Positions 1 to 12,497 of a stretch of DNA of 64,000 nucleotides are shown piece by piece. Location of the stretch: assembly GCF_004010195.1 (NCBI RefSeq), contig NC_057751.1, forward strand, positions 3,487,907 to 3,551,906, written 5' to 3'. Position numbers and translations under genes: made by a program. The notes beneath the pieces are model-generated. The model saw only the letters and a list, made by a program, of their open reading frames with translations. It was not told the DNA's origin and searched no databases. This DNA is from Chiloscyllium plagiosum (taxonomy: Eukaryota). The stretch's first letter is position 1. The number at the start of each line of letters is the position of its first letter.

Positions 1-624
1 TCATTGGTATTTCTGAATGCCAGTCTTGAAATCCATTTTGTCGCCAATGCATTCCTTCGTCCTCCTGCAACAAACACAGCATCTCACATTGCACTGCAGC
101 TCTGATTGCTATGTGCATTGCTCAGCACAGTTAATACACGGTGGAGAGAGTCACAGCGAGGTCTTCCCAAGGCAAGGGCAGCACTGCTGTAAAGAGAATC
201 ACGAAAAGGAGCCTGAAACGTAATCTAACTGGAACTGAGAATGCCATGAAATGCAGCCCAAGTGCATATTCCCCTGCTACAGTCGAGTCTCTGCATTGAA
301 CTCTCTCCAAAGAAGTCTGCAGTGAAGGTATGCAGGTGCTCACAGGAAATAGGACAGGGCTTTCACCCCAGTAGGATCATGGCCTCAAATCCACTCTCCT
401 GTGTCTTTCCCCAAAACCCTCATCTGGCTCATTCATTGATCCTTATTGCCCAAACACGCTGTGGAAGCGAACTCCCAACACGAACAGCCCTGAGAGAATA
501 AACACCTCATCACCATCTTGACTAAGGGACTTCATTTGAAACTGCATCCCCTGGTTTCACATCGCGAAACATCCTCTCAGTATCTCCCTCATCCATAAAA
601 CCAAAGACCTCTGAAGGCTGGAAA

Positions 625-800
625 GCTGAAACAAAAAGCAAAAGTGCTGGGGAAATGGAGCAGGTCTGGCAGTGACTGTGGGCAGAGTTTGAGTCCAGTG
701 ACTCTTCCAAATTTGACTTGAAAAAAAGTGAGGTGTTTTCTTTTTCTTATCTGGAGATGCAACCAGACCTGTTGAGTTTCTCCAGCACTTTTTGTTTCGT
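625..800. mobile_element. Degenerate short inverted-repeat element derived from Penelope-like element (PLE) termini
   Basis: Arms AAAAGTGCTGGGGAAATGGAGCAGGTCTGG and CCAGACCTGTTGAGTTTCTCCAGCACTTTT are imperfect inverted repeats; same family as 6170-6312 and 38585-38700. Confidence 0.6.
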
Positions 801-1835
801 GACCAATGAAACCTTGTTTCTTTCTCCATCAATGATGAGAACTTGCATTCTTGTTGTGGCTTTTATAGCATGAAATCCACTTTTAGGGCATTTCACAGGA
901 GCAAAACACCAAATTACTGCACCAAATGCTAAGGTCCGTTTTAAAGACTCTTATCGAGGTGGAGTGATGATGATTCAAGAACTGAGAAGTCTTTCCTAGT
1001 AGGCACATAAAGCTGTGAATGGGCGAGAGGTCAAGATCAGATGACGCTGGAGGTGGGGTGGGGGACAGTGCAGGAAGCAGATTAGAGAGACAGGATGGGG
1101 GGGGGGGTGCAGATAACATGAAGGGATGTGAGAACAAGGATGAGAATGTGAATAATTCAGACAGTAGTCAGACATCAATGCAGCAGTCAAGTGAGCTTGG
1201 GCATTGATGAGAATTTAAAATGAGGCAGTCCCAATTCGGATTGTTGGTGGGAGCTGATGTTAGCCATTGTTAGCGTTGAAAGCCTCACATTTAAGATGTT
1301 GTTTGGGTGCTGAGAGAGCATGCTACTGAGCTGTCATACTGTTCCCATCTTCACTCCCCCCTCCACACCTCACCTACACAAAACAAAATACCTGTCTGCA
1401 CACAATATACTCATGGAGTGGACTTATACGAAATTGTGTTGACAAGATTAGCATTTACTTCAAGGCAGGTTGTGCCCAGTGACCTGTGGAGTTATCGATT
1501 AGCCAGGAGATTAAACACCAAGGGTGGGAAAGCCAACTCTTTGGGATCAACAATCTTTGCTCAGACAGAGAGAGAGAGAGAAAACTCCTCGAAATAGCTT
1601 TCCCCACAAGCGGCACATGCAAGATCTAACCACTGGAGGTCAGTGTTGATTGACTGTCTGATGGAACCACAGAGGCAGCAGCAACACAATGTCACTGACT
1701 AATACCAAAACAGCAGTTTCTCCTTTAAACCAAGAAAACGTTGTGTTCCAAAGGTACCAGATGGAATATAATAGTGAGATATGAGGTTAAAATCACTCTG
1801 GCTGGAAGCAATAACAATAAGAATGATTTTTCTCA

Positions 1836-2493
1836 ATCATAGAGATGTACAGCATGGAAACAGACCCTTCCATCCATCACGTCCATGCTGACCAAATCTC
1901 GTCCCACCTGCCAGCACCTCGCGCCTATCTCTCCAAACCCTTCCTATTCATATTTCCATCCAGACACTTTTTAAATGTTGTCATTGTACCAGCTTCCACC
2001 ACATCCTCTGGCAGCTCATTCCATACACGTACCACCCTCTGCGTGAAAAAAGTTGCCCCTTGGGTCTCTTTTATATCTTTCCCCTTTCACCCTAAACCTA
2101 TGCCCTCTAGTTCTGGATTCCCCCACCCCAGGGAAAAGACTTTGCCTATTTATCCTATCCACGCCCCTCACGATTTTGTAAACCTGTCAGGTCACCCTCA
2201 GCCTCCGACGCTCCAGGGAAAACAGCCCCAGCCTGTTCAGCCCCTCCCGCTAGCTCAAACCCTCCAACCCTGGCAACATTGTTGTAAACCTTTTCAAGTT
2301 TCACAACATCCGATAGGAAGGAGACCAGAATTGCACGCAATATTCCAACAATGGCCTAACCAATGTCCTGTACAGCCACAACATGACCTTCCAACTCCTG
2401 CACTCAATACGCTGACCAATAAAGGAAAGCATACCAAACGCTGCCTTCACTATCATATCTACTTGCGACCCCACTTTCAAGGAGCTATGAACC
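1836..2493 (-). mobile_element. 5'-truncated CR1 LINE (HER1-like), ORF2 C-terminus and 3' UTR
   Basis: Minus ORF 2301-2495 reads LYRTLVRPLLEYCVQFWSP (CR1 RT C-terminus); 3' tail TCTGTTTCCATGCTGTACATCTCTATGA shared with other copies. Confidence 0.95.
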
Positions 2494-2824
2494 ATCTCAA
2501 GGGATTTGATTGCCCATGTACTGGACCAGTCAGATCCACGACCAAGAGCTGGCTTGATAGATTGTCAGGTGATTTCTTTCCAGAGAGAGTGAACATGATA
2601 GTTAGTCACTAAAACATATCCACATGAGACTGCAACTTGTCTTTCACAACCGAACAAAACTTTATTACACAAAAGAAATTTATAAAACAAACAAGAGAAG
2701 AGCTGTTACAATCTTAAAATAGTCAGCAAAACTAAGTCTCCAGCTATTTCCCAACACAACATATTACAGAGACTCACGCCCAGAGAAATTAAAATCCTAT
2801 CCCAACTCTTTCAGCTTCTCCTTG

Positions 2825-3090
2825 ATTGAGAGAGGAAAGATTTAAAAGGGACCTAAGGGGCAACTTTTTCACAGAGGGTGGTGCATGTGTGGAATAAGCT
2901 GCCAGAGGGAGTGGTGGAGGCTGGTACAATTGCAACATTTAAGAAGTATTTAGATGGGATTATGAATAGGAAGGCTTTGGAGGGATATGGGCCGGGTGCT
3001 GGCAAATGGGACTCCATTAGGTTAGGATATCTGATCAGCGTTTGAGATGCACCAAGAGATCTCTTTCAATGCTGCACAACTCTACAACTT
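2825..3090 (+). mobile_element. CR1 LINE 3' end fragment
   Basis: GGGGCAACTTTTTCACAGAGGGTGGTG...GGATATGGGCC matches the 3' end of the CR1 at 46290-46520. Confidence 0.85.
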
Positions 3091-3524
3091 AACAGTTTCT
3101 TTGCCATGGACGGTGCAAACAATTTGATTCTTTTTTCAAATCTGAAAATCTAATCTGGATGAGATCTGATAACCTTTAAATTTCAAACCAATTACTTTTC
3201 TGGATTAGAAAGCTCATACATGGAACACTTCTGCTGAGGTGACTTGTTTCCATAATCCTTCAAAAGGAAGAGAAACTGAATTTACTTTTGAATTGAACAT
3301 TGATGCCTTCTGAAACCATGCTTTGTGTTTCCTCTTGTCATAAATCCAACAGTATAAACATCTCCCCACAAACACCACCATGCTCCAGTCTCCTGCTTCA
3401 TGACTACATTTAATCATTGTTCTGGAAACACTCTGACCTTTTCCAGAACAAAATACCTTTCACAGAAGTAACTAACACCCATCTGCTGTTGAAAATCCAA
3501 ATTGCAGCAGTTGTACATCTGTTT

Positions 3525-5410
3525 TAAGAACAAAGAAAAATTACAGCACAGGAACAGGCCCTTCGATCCAGATCCTCTCTCTAAATCTGTTGCCTATTTT
3601 CCAAGGACCTATATCTCTCTGTTCCCTGCCCATTCATGTATCTGTCTAGATCCATCTTAAATGGCGATATCATGCCCACCTCTACCATCTCTGCTGGCAA
3701 CACTTTCCAGGCACACACCACCCTCTGTGTAAAAAACTCCCTTTAAAAGCCTCCCACGTATCAAATGTGGATTGGCCTTGCCCCTATTTAGCACTCTTCC
3801 TTTCGGATCATTCTTGTCTTTGTCCATGAGTATTCTAAAACTGATGGAATTGTGATCACTATTCCAAAGTAATCCCCTGCTGAAACTTCAGCCACCTGGC
3901 TGGGCTCATTTCCTAACACCAGGTCCAGTATGGCCCCTTCCCAAGTTGGACTACTTAGATACTGCTCAAGGAAAACCCTCCTGGAGGCTCCTTCGAAATT
4001 CTGCTCTATCCAGACCTCCAACACTAAGTGAATTCCAGTCAATATGGAAAAATTAAAATCTCCCATCGCTCCCATCCTGTTGCTCCGGCATCTTTCTATG
4101 ATCTCTCTTCATGTTTGTACCTCTATCTCACATTTGCTGTTGGGAAGCCTGTCGTACAATCCCAACATGGTTACTGCAACTTTTCTGTTTCTGAGCTCTG
4201 CCCATATTGCCTCACTACTCGAGTCCTCCAGAGTGCTCTCCTTCAGCACAGCTTTGATATCCTGTCTGACCAGTAATGCAACTCCTCCACCCCTTTTACC
4301 ACCTCCTTTATCCTGCTTGAAGCATCAATATCCTGGGATATTTAGTTGCCAATCATGCCCTTCCCTCAACCAAGTCTCAGTAATAGCAATAACATCATAC
4401 TCCCAGGTACTAATGCAAACTGTTAAGTTCATCTGCCTTACCTACAATACTTGCATTAAAACAAATGCACCAAGGGCCACCAGTCCTTCTGCGTTCATCT
4501 TTCGCTGTCTGCCTACTCTTTCCCTTAGTCATGATGATTTCATTACCTAGTTCCTTACAGGCTTTAGTTCCTACCTCCTTCCTGTCCACTAACCTCCTCA
4601 TTTGGTTTGCATTCCCCTGCCACATTAGTTGAAACCCTCTCCAATAGCATTAGCAAAAGCATCCCCGAGGACATTGGTTCCAGTCCGGCCCAGGCGTAGA
4701 GCATCCAATTTGTAATAGTCCCACCTCTCCCAGAACCGGAACCAATGTCCCAAAACTCTGAACCCTTCCCTCCTGCACCATCTCTCAAACCACGCATTCA
4801 TCCTGACAACTGGCTGTTCACCCACCCCCTTCAGAATATTCTGCAGTCAATCCGAGACATCCCTGACCCGTGCACCTGGGAGGCAACATACCATTCGGGA
4901 ATCTCATTTTCAACTGTAGAAACGCCTATCTACTCCCCTTCCAATTGAATCCCCTTTGACTCTAACCCTTCCACTCTTTTTCCTGCCCTTCTGAACAGCA
5001 GAGCCAGCCACGGTGCCATGAACTTGTCTACTGCTGCCTTCTCCTGGTGAGCCATCTCCCCCAGCAGTATCCAAAATGGTATACCTGTTTTGGAGGGACA
5101 TGTCTGCACTGCCTTCCTGCTCTTTCTCTGCCTTTTGGTCACCCATTCCCTTTCTCCCTCAGCAATCCTAATCTGCGGTGTGCCCAATTCACTAAACGTG
5201 CTATGCACAACCCCCTCAGCATTGCTTATGCTCCAAAGTGAGTCCATTCACACCTCCAGAACCATCAAGCTGCCTAACAAGGGCTGCAACTGGACATTGT
5301 TTTTGCACATGAAGGAGCCAGGGACATCAGCTGTGTCCTGAGCTCCCACATTGAGCACGAGGAGCATTACATGGGTCTGAGATCTCCTGCCATTTTTAAT
5401 CTTAAACTTT
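3525..5410 (-). mobile_element. CR1 LINE remnant: ORF1 (Zn-finger plus SGNH esterase), ORF2 AP-endonuclease, directly joined to a CR1 3' end; pseudogenised
   Basis: Minus frames give ORF1 start MAGDLRP..CSSC at 5393, GDSIGRGVDRRF (GDSL-type motif), NAWFERWCRREGF..GHW, and endonuclease motifs MGDFN and GAILDLVLGNEP; stops and frameshifts present; CR1 3' UTR at 3525-3745. Confidence 0.9.
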
Positions 5411-5424
5411 GTGTGTTAGTGTAA

Positions 5425-5655
5425 AGATACATAGACTCAGACGAAAACAGACCCTTCAGTCCGACTCACCCAAGCCGACTAATTAATCTAGTCCCATTTG
5501 CCAGCACTCAGTCTGTATCCCTCTAAACCCTTCCTATTCATATCTCCATCCAGATGCCTTTTAAATGCTGTAATTGTACCAGCCTCCCCCACTTCCTCTG
5601 GCACCTCATTCCAAACACGTACCACTCTTTGGGTGGAGAAGTGGCTCCTGTTATC
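5425..5655 (-). mobile_element. CR1 LINE 3' end fragment
   Basis: CCCTTCCTATTCATATCTCCATCCAGATGCCTTTTAAATG nearly identical to the 1836-2493 copy. Confidence 0.85.
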
Positions 5656-5659
5656 TTTC

Positions 5660-6150
5660 ATGGCACCATGAAAATTAGCCTGCAGGTACAGCTAGCAAGA
5701 GGAAGGCAGCTTGTAGACAAGGTTTTGTTGCAGGTGGGGTTGGAGTAAAGAGGTCTTGCTGCAATTCTGCAGGGCTGCATTAAAAATCAATCACACTGGG
5801 AATTAGGTGGATAGTTTTGGTCTCCTTGGTCTCCTATTTGCCTTCAAGGTGGCGTGACAAAGTTTGAATGGACTGGTTTAATGGGTCAATGTTCTCTCAG
5901 AGAATTTGAAGAATGGGAGGTCATCGAATTGAAATTTGGAAGATCATGAAGGGGATTGGCACTGAGAGGCTGTGAAATTCAGAGGACGCGGGCTCAGGAT
6001 AAGAGGCTAATCACTTCAGATTGAGAAGAGGTGAAACGTCTTCAGAGGGAGGGTTGTAGACTTGGGAATTCTGCACCCTGGAGGGTTTCAATGTCAGTGT
6101 TTGAGTATATTGGGGCTGAGATGGTGAGATATTTGGATACCAATAGAATT
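5660..6150 (+). mobile_element. Old degenerate CR1 LINE 3' fragment
   Basis: Residual RT C-terminal motifs (TTTTGGTCTCCT, GAAGAATGGGAGGTCATC, TGGGAATTCTGCACCC). Confidence 0.65.
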
Positions 6151-6169
6151 GACCTGAAACAAACCTCTC

Positions 6170-6312
6170 CCACCAAAGAAAACCAAAGAACTGTGGATGC
6201 TGGAAATCAGAAACAATACACGGAAATTGCTGGAGAAACTCAACAGGTCTGGCATCATCTGTGGAGAGAAAGCAGAGTTAACATTTTGGCTCTGGTGACC
6301 CTTTCTTAGAAT
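6170..6312 (-). mobile_element. PLE-terminus-derived short element (degenerate hammerhead region)
   Basis: GAACTGTGGATGCTGGAAATCAGAAAC...GCTGGAGAAACTCAACAGGTCTGGCATCATCTGTGGAGAG; matches 38585-38700 in reverse. Confidence 0.65.
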
Positions 6313-6834
6313 GTCAGTTTTCCCAGCAATACCTGTGTTTGTTCCCACCGTCGAGTACAATGGGAGAAATGGTCTAACACGTAGTTCTGAGGTTCTGAAA
6401 GAAAAATAAACATCATACTTTGTTCATTAAATGCATGTTTGGCCTGTCGTTTAAAGAACAGCAACGAGTTCAGGCTTCCTCACTGTATTCTGAGAGTTAT
6501 GTTATCCAACTGCTCATCTGAAAAACGAGTTAATTCAGAAGTCTCCCAACAAATTGCAGAAATAACCTTTGAAAGTTCTCATCATCATTATCTGGGATTA
6601 ATGGTCAGGTAGAATGATTGGAAGAACTTGCATTTATGTAGCCGCTTTCACATCCTCAGGAAGTCCATAAATTGTCGTAGAGCTGAGATGGTCGGTGCGA
6701 TCTGATGACTGTCACCTCAGTTAACACAGCAGCCAATTTATACACAGGAACAGTCCACACACAAGATGTCCTCAACCCACCCAGAAAAGGACACCTCCCA
6801 ACACTGCAAACTTCCTGGCATCCACAGAGAAACA

Positions 6835-6930
6835 TCCTATTCCTTGAATGCTGCCTGACCTGCTGTACTTATCCAGCACCTCACTCTCGACGCTGATCTC
6901 CAGCATCTGCAGTCCTCACTTCCTCCGTCT
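6835..6930 (+). mobile_element. Short PLE 3'-terminal insertion with 11-bp TSD
   Basis: ACAGAGAAACA at 6824-6834 and 6931-6941 flanks ATGCTGCCTGACCTGCTG...CAGCATCTGCAGTCCTCAC. Confidence 0.85.
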
Positions 6931-8456
6931 ACAGAGAAACACAGACTCGGGCAATTGTCCAGCGTGAAGGGGGGGTGGGGAGTGCAGAATTCAAATCAGC
7001 CCTGCAGACAAATGGTAGGAGAATGTAAAAACAGTTAGCCAAAGGCACCCAAAGCAAACAGGTGACCTGTCAGCAAAGTCAATCCCATTGACAACACAGT
7101 CCTTATTGTCCACAGGGTACAAATTCAGGGTGAAATGTATCTGCTGGTGACATCAGACCCACCTTTACCGGAGATTCATCACCATTTCAGTAAATACATG
7201 GAGCATCCATGGGAAGAAGTCGATTCCAGCAGCAAGTTTCTATCACCTCTGTCAAACTTGTGAATGCGGATTTCCAGTAAATACCTGAAAAGGAGAACGC
7301 AAAAGAATTGCAATCGCTGACGGCAGGAAATAAACACCAAAACATTGACCACGTGCTATTTTTGTCTGCAAGTTGGACATGAAACGATGGAACTTGTCCT
7401 TTTCACAATTAACAATTGGAAATTGCACTTCACAAGTAAACTTTTGCAATGTTCTTGAAACAGAGACAGACACAGTCAGACAGACAGAGAGTTTTCCCTG
7501 AACCACTGATTGCTGGCTTCTGACAGTTTTGAGGTTTAATGTTAGCAGGCTGAGAAACCATCTACTCCGGCTCAGGCTCGGCAAATCTTTCAGCCTCGAT
7601 TTAACTCCTCATGAATTTGGTCATAACCATGTAGCAATGTGGGTGGGTGGTAAACCACACCGGCTTGTCTATGCGATCGCGTTGTCAGACCCCTGCAGAT
7701 TGCCTGTGGATGAGTAATTTCAAACCCTTCTCCACTCAAAGCCCATCACCATAGCAATATGAATCATGTGGCTCTTGTATCCAATCAGAAATGCTGATTT
7801 TCTAGTCCTGAAACCTGTCCAACTCTCTTCTCTCTCTCAAACTTGGAACAGTTTTAAGTAGAATTGTTCACAATTTGACAATTGCGTTGTCTTGTTCAAA
7901 GAACACTGACAGCCTCATGTGAATATTTCCATTGACTGGTGAAGCAGCCTGGACTCTGATAAGACACAAGTAGATTGCTAACTTGGCCAAAACAACAAAA
8001 GGCTGCTCAGTATGGGACACACTGGCCAAGTAAAACCCTGCAAATGGCAAACCCCAAAACAAGGCAGTCTGCACATGCTGCAGCCATGTGCTGGTGACAT
8101 CAGCATAGTGTCAAAGGGCACACTTTGTCAGCAGTTGTCCTGGACAGTCATACCATCAACAACACATCAACCAAACAAAGGAGGAATGCAGATTTTCAAC
8201 CAAAAAACTATACAGGCAGACACCCAGGCCTTGCTCCACAAAGAAATAACCATTAGCAAGCCATCCAAATGAGTGACAAGGGTACTAACCATTTTGCAAA
8301 TCTGATTGATTGGCCACACTAAATAGCGTTCCAGAAAACCATTCCAAAAGAAATGAAAAAGGGACTTACCTGCAAACCTTCAGCAAGCAGCATGGGAAAG
8401 ACAAACGCTGACTGACCATCCAGAGTGAGAGAGAAAGAGAACTATGATTTCACAAC

Positions 8457-9798
8457 GGAGCTGAAAATGTGTTGCTGGAAAAGCGCAGCAGGTCAGGCAG
8501 CATCCAGGGAACAGGAGAATCGACGTTTTGGGCATAAGCCCTTCTTCAGGAATGAGGAAAGTTTGTCCAGCAGGCTAAGATAAAAGATAGGGAGGAGGGA
8601 CTTGGGGGAGGGGCGTTGGAAATGTGATAGGTGGAAGGAGGCCAAGGTGAAGGTGATAGGTCGGAGTGGGGTGGAGGCGGAGAGGTCAAGAAGAAGACTG
8701 CAGGTCAGGAAGGCGGTGCCGGGCTGGAGGGATTCGNNNNNNNNNNNNNNNNNNNNNNNNNNNNNNNNNNNNNNNNNNNNNNNNNNNNNNNNNNNNNNNN
8801 NNNNNNNNNNNNNNNNNNNNNNNNNNNNNNNNNNNNNNNNNNNNNNNNNNNNNNNNNNNNNNNNNNNNNNNNNNNNNNNNNNNNNNNNNNNNNNNNNNNN
8901 NNNNNNNNNNNNNNNNNNNNNNNNNNNNNNNNNNNNNNNNNNNNNNNNNNNNNNNNNNNNNNNNNNNNNNNNNNNNNNNNNNNNNNNNNNNNNNNNNNNN
9001 NNNNNNNNNNNNNNNNNNNNNNNNNNNNNNNNNNNNNNNNNNNNNNNNNNNNNNNNNNNNNNNNNNNNNNNNNNNNNNNNNNNNNNNNNNNNNNNNNNNN
9101 NNNNNNNNNNNNNNNNNNNNNNNNNNNNNNNNNNNNNNNNNNNNNNNNNNNNNNNNNNNNNNNNNNNNNNNNNNNNNNNNNNNNNNNNNNNNNNNNNNNN
9201 NNNNNNNNNNNNNNNNNNNNNNNNNNNNNNNNNNNNNNNNNNNNNNNNNNNNNNNNNNNNNNNNNNNNNNNNNNNNNNNNNNNNNNNNNNNNNNNNNNNN
9301 NNNNNNNNNNNNNNNNNNNNNNNNNNNNNNNNNNNNNNNNNNNNNNNNNNNNNNNNNNNNNNNNNNNNNNNNNNNNNNNNNNNNNNNNNNNNNNNNNNNN
9401 NNNNNNNNNNNNNNNNNNNNNNNNNNNNNNNNNNNNNNNNNNNNNNNNNNNNNNNNNNNNNNNNNNNNNNNNNNNNNNNNNNNNNNNNNNNNNNNNNNNN
9501 NNNNNNNNNNNNNNNNNNNNNNNNNNNNNNNNNNNNNNNNNNNNNNNNNNNNNNNNNNNNNNNNNNNNNNNNNNNNNNNNNNNNNNNNNNNNNNNNNNGG
9601 GTTGTGGGACTATGAGGTTGGAGGCGGTGGATGGGAGATCCCCTGAGGTGATGAGGTTATGGCTGGTCTGGGAGATGATGGTTTGGTGGTGGGGGGTGGG
9701 GTCATGGTCAAGGGGGCAGTAGGAGGAGGTATCTGCGAGCTGGCGTTTGGCCTCAGCGGTGTAGAGGTCGGTGCGCCAAACTACTACCGCGCCTCCCT
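8457..9798 (-). mobile_element. Penelope-like retroelement (Neptune-type), 5'-truncated, interior in gap
   Basis: Minus ORF has KGGAVVVWRTDLYTAEAKRQL (PLE RT DKG motif region); terminus shared with the short elements; 12-bp TSD TGATTTCACAAC at 8445-8456 and 9799-9810. Confidence 0.9.
8737..9598. other. Assembly gap (N run)
   Basis: Run of N. Confidence 1.
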
Positions 9799-10119
9799 TG
9801 ATTTCACAACACCAACTCAAGGTACAGGAGACTCCGGGAAGTATTGTAATAACAAGAGGGTTCAGGCAGGATTAGGAAGGGTATTGTTATGTGCTGAGGT
9901 CTGACGGTTACTTGTTCCTTCATAAAGCAGTTCCAGTTTACATTAGTAACGACCTGTGTCTGTAGTGATTTGATCATTCCAGTTTTGTGGGAGACCGGGC
10001 TCAATTCATTCCTAACTGATGAGTCCAAAAGGGCTCAGACAACAGACCACCATTGTCACCAATGATGAGATCTGTTTTGCCAGTTTCACCCTGAGATCTG
10101 AAAACTGTCCAGTAATACC

Positions 10120-10253
10120 GTCATTCCCAAAGAAGGGCTTTTGCCCCAGATGTCGATTTGCCTGCTCCTCGGATGCTGCCTGACCTGCTGTACTTTTCCA
10201 GCACCACACTAATCTAGACTTGAATCTCTAGCATCTGCAATACCCACCTCCTC
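10120..10253 (+). mobile_element. Short PLE 3'-terminal insertion with 11-bp TSD
   Basis: CCAGTAATACC at 10109-10119 and 10254-10264; decayed hammerhead-like segment AAAGAAGGGCTTTTGCCC. Confidence 0.85.
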
Positions 10254-11729
10254 CCAGTAATACCACCAGCTGAGATCATCACAGTGACAGTTTAATATTT
10301 ATAGTCACTATTTCAGACACTCAAAAGGTTTTTCCTTCCAACACTGTTCTTTTAAAATCTGGGTCCATCTTTCAGTCCAACAGATATGATCGATTCAGGA
10401 CTTTTTACTGAAACACACATCAGAACAGAGCAGCTTTTCAATGACAGATGAACAATCCCTCACCAATACATCTTTTAAACTTCAGACAGCAATCTGTTTT
10501 GAGTCAACAAATTCATCTCATCCTGCACAAAGCCATACATCATAACAGTGATCAGATCTGGAACCAGCCAAACCTCAGGTAGTACTGTGAACCAAGAACC
10601 TAGAACATCGAGCAGTATAGCACAGAACACGCACTTCAGCCCACGGAGGTAAAGGCTCATCTGCCATTCCAGAACTGAAATGCTGAGTTATACCCAAACT
10701 TTAGGCAGGCCATTCAGCCTGACTGGACTGGACTGTACTGGTGTCTGTGTTGATATGAACCTCTCTGGTTCACCCTCTCACTATTTCCTCTGTTCCTTTC
10801 TCCCTCTGTTTTTATCAGTTAGCTTGCTTTTAAACTTGTCCAAAACTATTCACCTGCCCTTTAAGGGAGCAGGTCACACATTCTCCCCACTCACAGGGGT
10901 GAACCAGTCTGAATTGAATTCATGGGTGACTGCCTCCAAACTGAGCTGGTTGTTCACATGATACTGAGGAGATGTGATCACCTTCTCAGCCCCTGCAGAC
11001 CTGCACAGATAGAGTCCCAGAACAGGAAGAGTTGCTGAGCTGTCAATTACCCAGATCTGGCCCAGGGTCTGCGTTTGTGCCTGTGGTGGGATGTAGATGC
11101 TCGGGAGATAATTCCCGGTCTTGCTCCTCATCTGGTCAGCAGCTCTACCTGTCGTGCCAAGAGGCCGTGCTGACTTGTGCCAAATCGGGGGAGTGTGTGT
11201 ATGGACAGTGCCAGGTCAACCCCTTCTGAAAGGTCCCTGACCAGTGGGTAGAGGTGGGGAGCGCCTGACTGCCTCTTCAGCTTGGAGTCAGTGATCAGAT
11301 TGGCTGAAGGATGGTTTTACCATCTTATCCAAAACACCATCTCTCTGACAGTGCAGCACTCCCTCAGCACAGACATGCAGTGTGACATCTTAGGTTGTGT
11401 ACAGTCACATTAAACAAGGCAGTAGAGAGTACAGATTGAGCGTGACAGAGTTAATTGTCACCCAAACTGTGATCACAAATGAAAATAACCCCTTCATCAG
11501 AGAGGAACTGTTTTGTACTGTGGGTATCCAACAGGTGGTCTTACTAGGAGCTGTACACTTGTAGTTAAACACTTGGCTGGACAAAGCAGTGAAAGATTCA
11601 GAGGAAACCAAGCAAAGTTTACACAGTTTCCTCCTGGTCTTTCATGATTCTTTTCCTGGTTGTCTCTGGAGTACAGAGTGGCAAGTGTTCATCACCAAGC
11701 CACTGAGGTGCCCAGACCTTTGGCATACT

Positions 11730-11780
11730 TGTTGACGGGTTGGACCGAAGGGTCTGTTTCCATGCTGTACATCTCTATGG
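11730..11780 (+). mobile_element. CR1 extreme 3' tail
   Basis: GGGTTGGACCGAAGGGTCTGTTTCCATGCTGTACATCTCTATG. Confidence 0.8.
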
Positions 11781-12014
11781 ACACTAATAACAGAGAGAGA
11801 GTGGGGTTATTGAGTGTTGAATCCTGTTGACAGTCCTGCCTAATTCCAACAGCAGCAGTCCTCCCTCAGCATCAAACAGTAGTGAGGCAGAACCATCAGC
11901 ATAGCTCTGATGTTTAACAACGCACCGACCCATACGGAGCAACCACCTGAGGCTGCTCCGTATTTGGAAAAACTTACCTTCCACCTCAGAACAGGAGCAC
12001 GTAATCCATACACA

Positions 12015-12305
12015 GTGTTTAAACAGGGCATTTGGCCCATTGAGTCCATACTGACCCTCCAAACAGCATCCCACCCAAACTGCACACACCCACCCCCAAT
12101 CTTCATTTCCCATGGCTACACATCCCTGGACTGTATGGACAATTTCCCATAGCCAATCCATCTTTGGGACTGTGGGAGGAAACTGGAGCACCTGGAGGAA
12201 ACCCACGCAGACACGGGGAGAAGGTCTGTGTGGAGATTGCACAGTCGTCCAGAGGCTGGGATTGAACTTGGGTTCCTGATGCTGTGAGCCACCAGTACCA
12301 CCCAC
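12015..12305 (-). mobile_element. HE1-like V-SINE, diverged
   Basis: GACTGTGGGAGGAAACTGGAGCACCTGGAGGAAACCCACGCAGACACGGGGAGAA (V-domain) and box B GGGATTGAAC; homologous to 25702-26020. Confidence 0.85.
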
Positions 12306-12366
12306 CAAGAAACAGCAAGTTTTCTTTAAGAACACCTCTCGAGACTCTCTCTTGTTACAGAGCGGA

Positions 12367-12497
12367 AGGAGAAAGTGAGGTCTGCAGATGCTGGAGATCA
12401 AAGTTGAAACTTTATTGCTGGAACAGCACTGCAGGTCAGGCAGCATCCAGGGAACAGGAGATTCGACGTTTCGGGCACAGGCCCTTCTTCAGGAAAG
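12367..12497 (-). mobile_element. Short PLE terminal element
   Basis: GGAGAAAGTGAGGTCTGCAGATGCTGGAGATC...GCAGGTCAGGCAGCATCCAGGGAACAGG, same as termini at 8457 and 63120. Confidence 0.85.
12462..12495 (-). ncRNA. Minimal type-I hammerhead ribozyme motif (PLE-associated)
   Basis: Minus strand TTC-CTGAAGA-A-GGGC-CTGT-GCCC-GAAA-C-GTC-GAA: CUGANGA and GAAA cores, 4-bp stem II, GUC triplet, TTC/GAA stem I. Confidence 0.75.

Noticed and set aside
2510-3520. Possible decayed LTR interrupted by a CR1 fragment
   Set aside because: Weak resemblance to the 30351 terminus; no definable ends or TSD
10016-10040. CTGATGA-GTCC-AAAA-GGGC resembling a hammerhead 5' core and stem II
   Set aside because: Followed by TCAGAC rather than GAAA; no complete catalytic core, only a 7-bp hairpin
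10874-11131. Ig-like D..GLYLC motif in a minus ORF; also FWCGV in the 20917 exon candidate
   Set aside because: No first Cys or core Trp at the right spacing and no domain-sized exon
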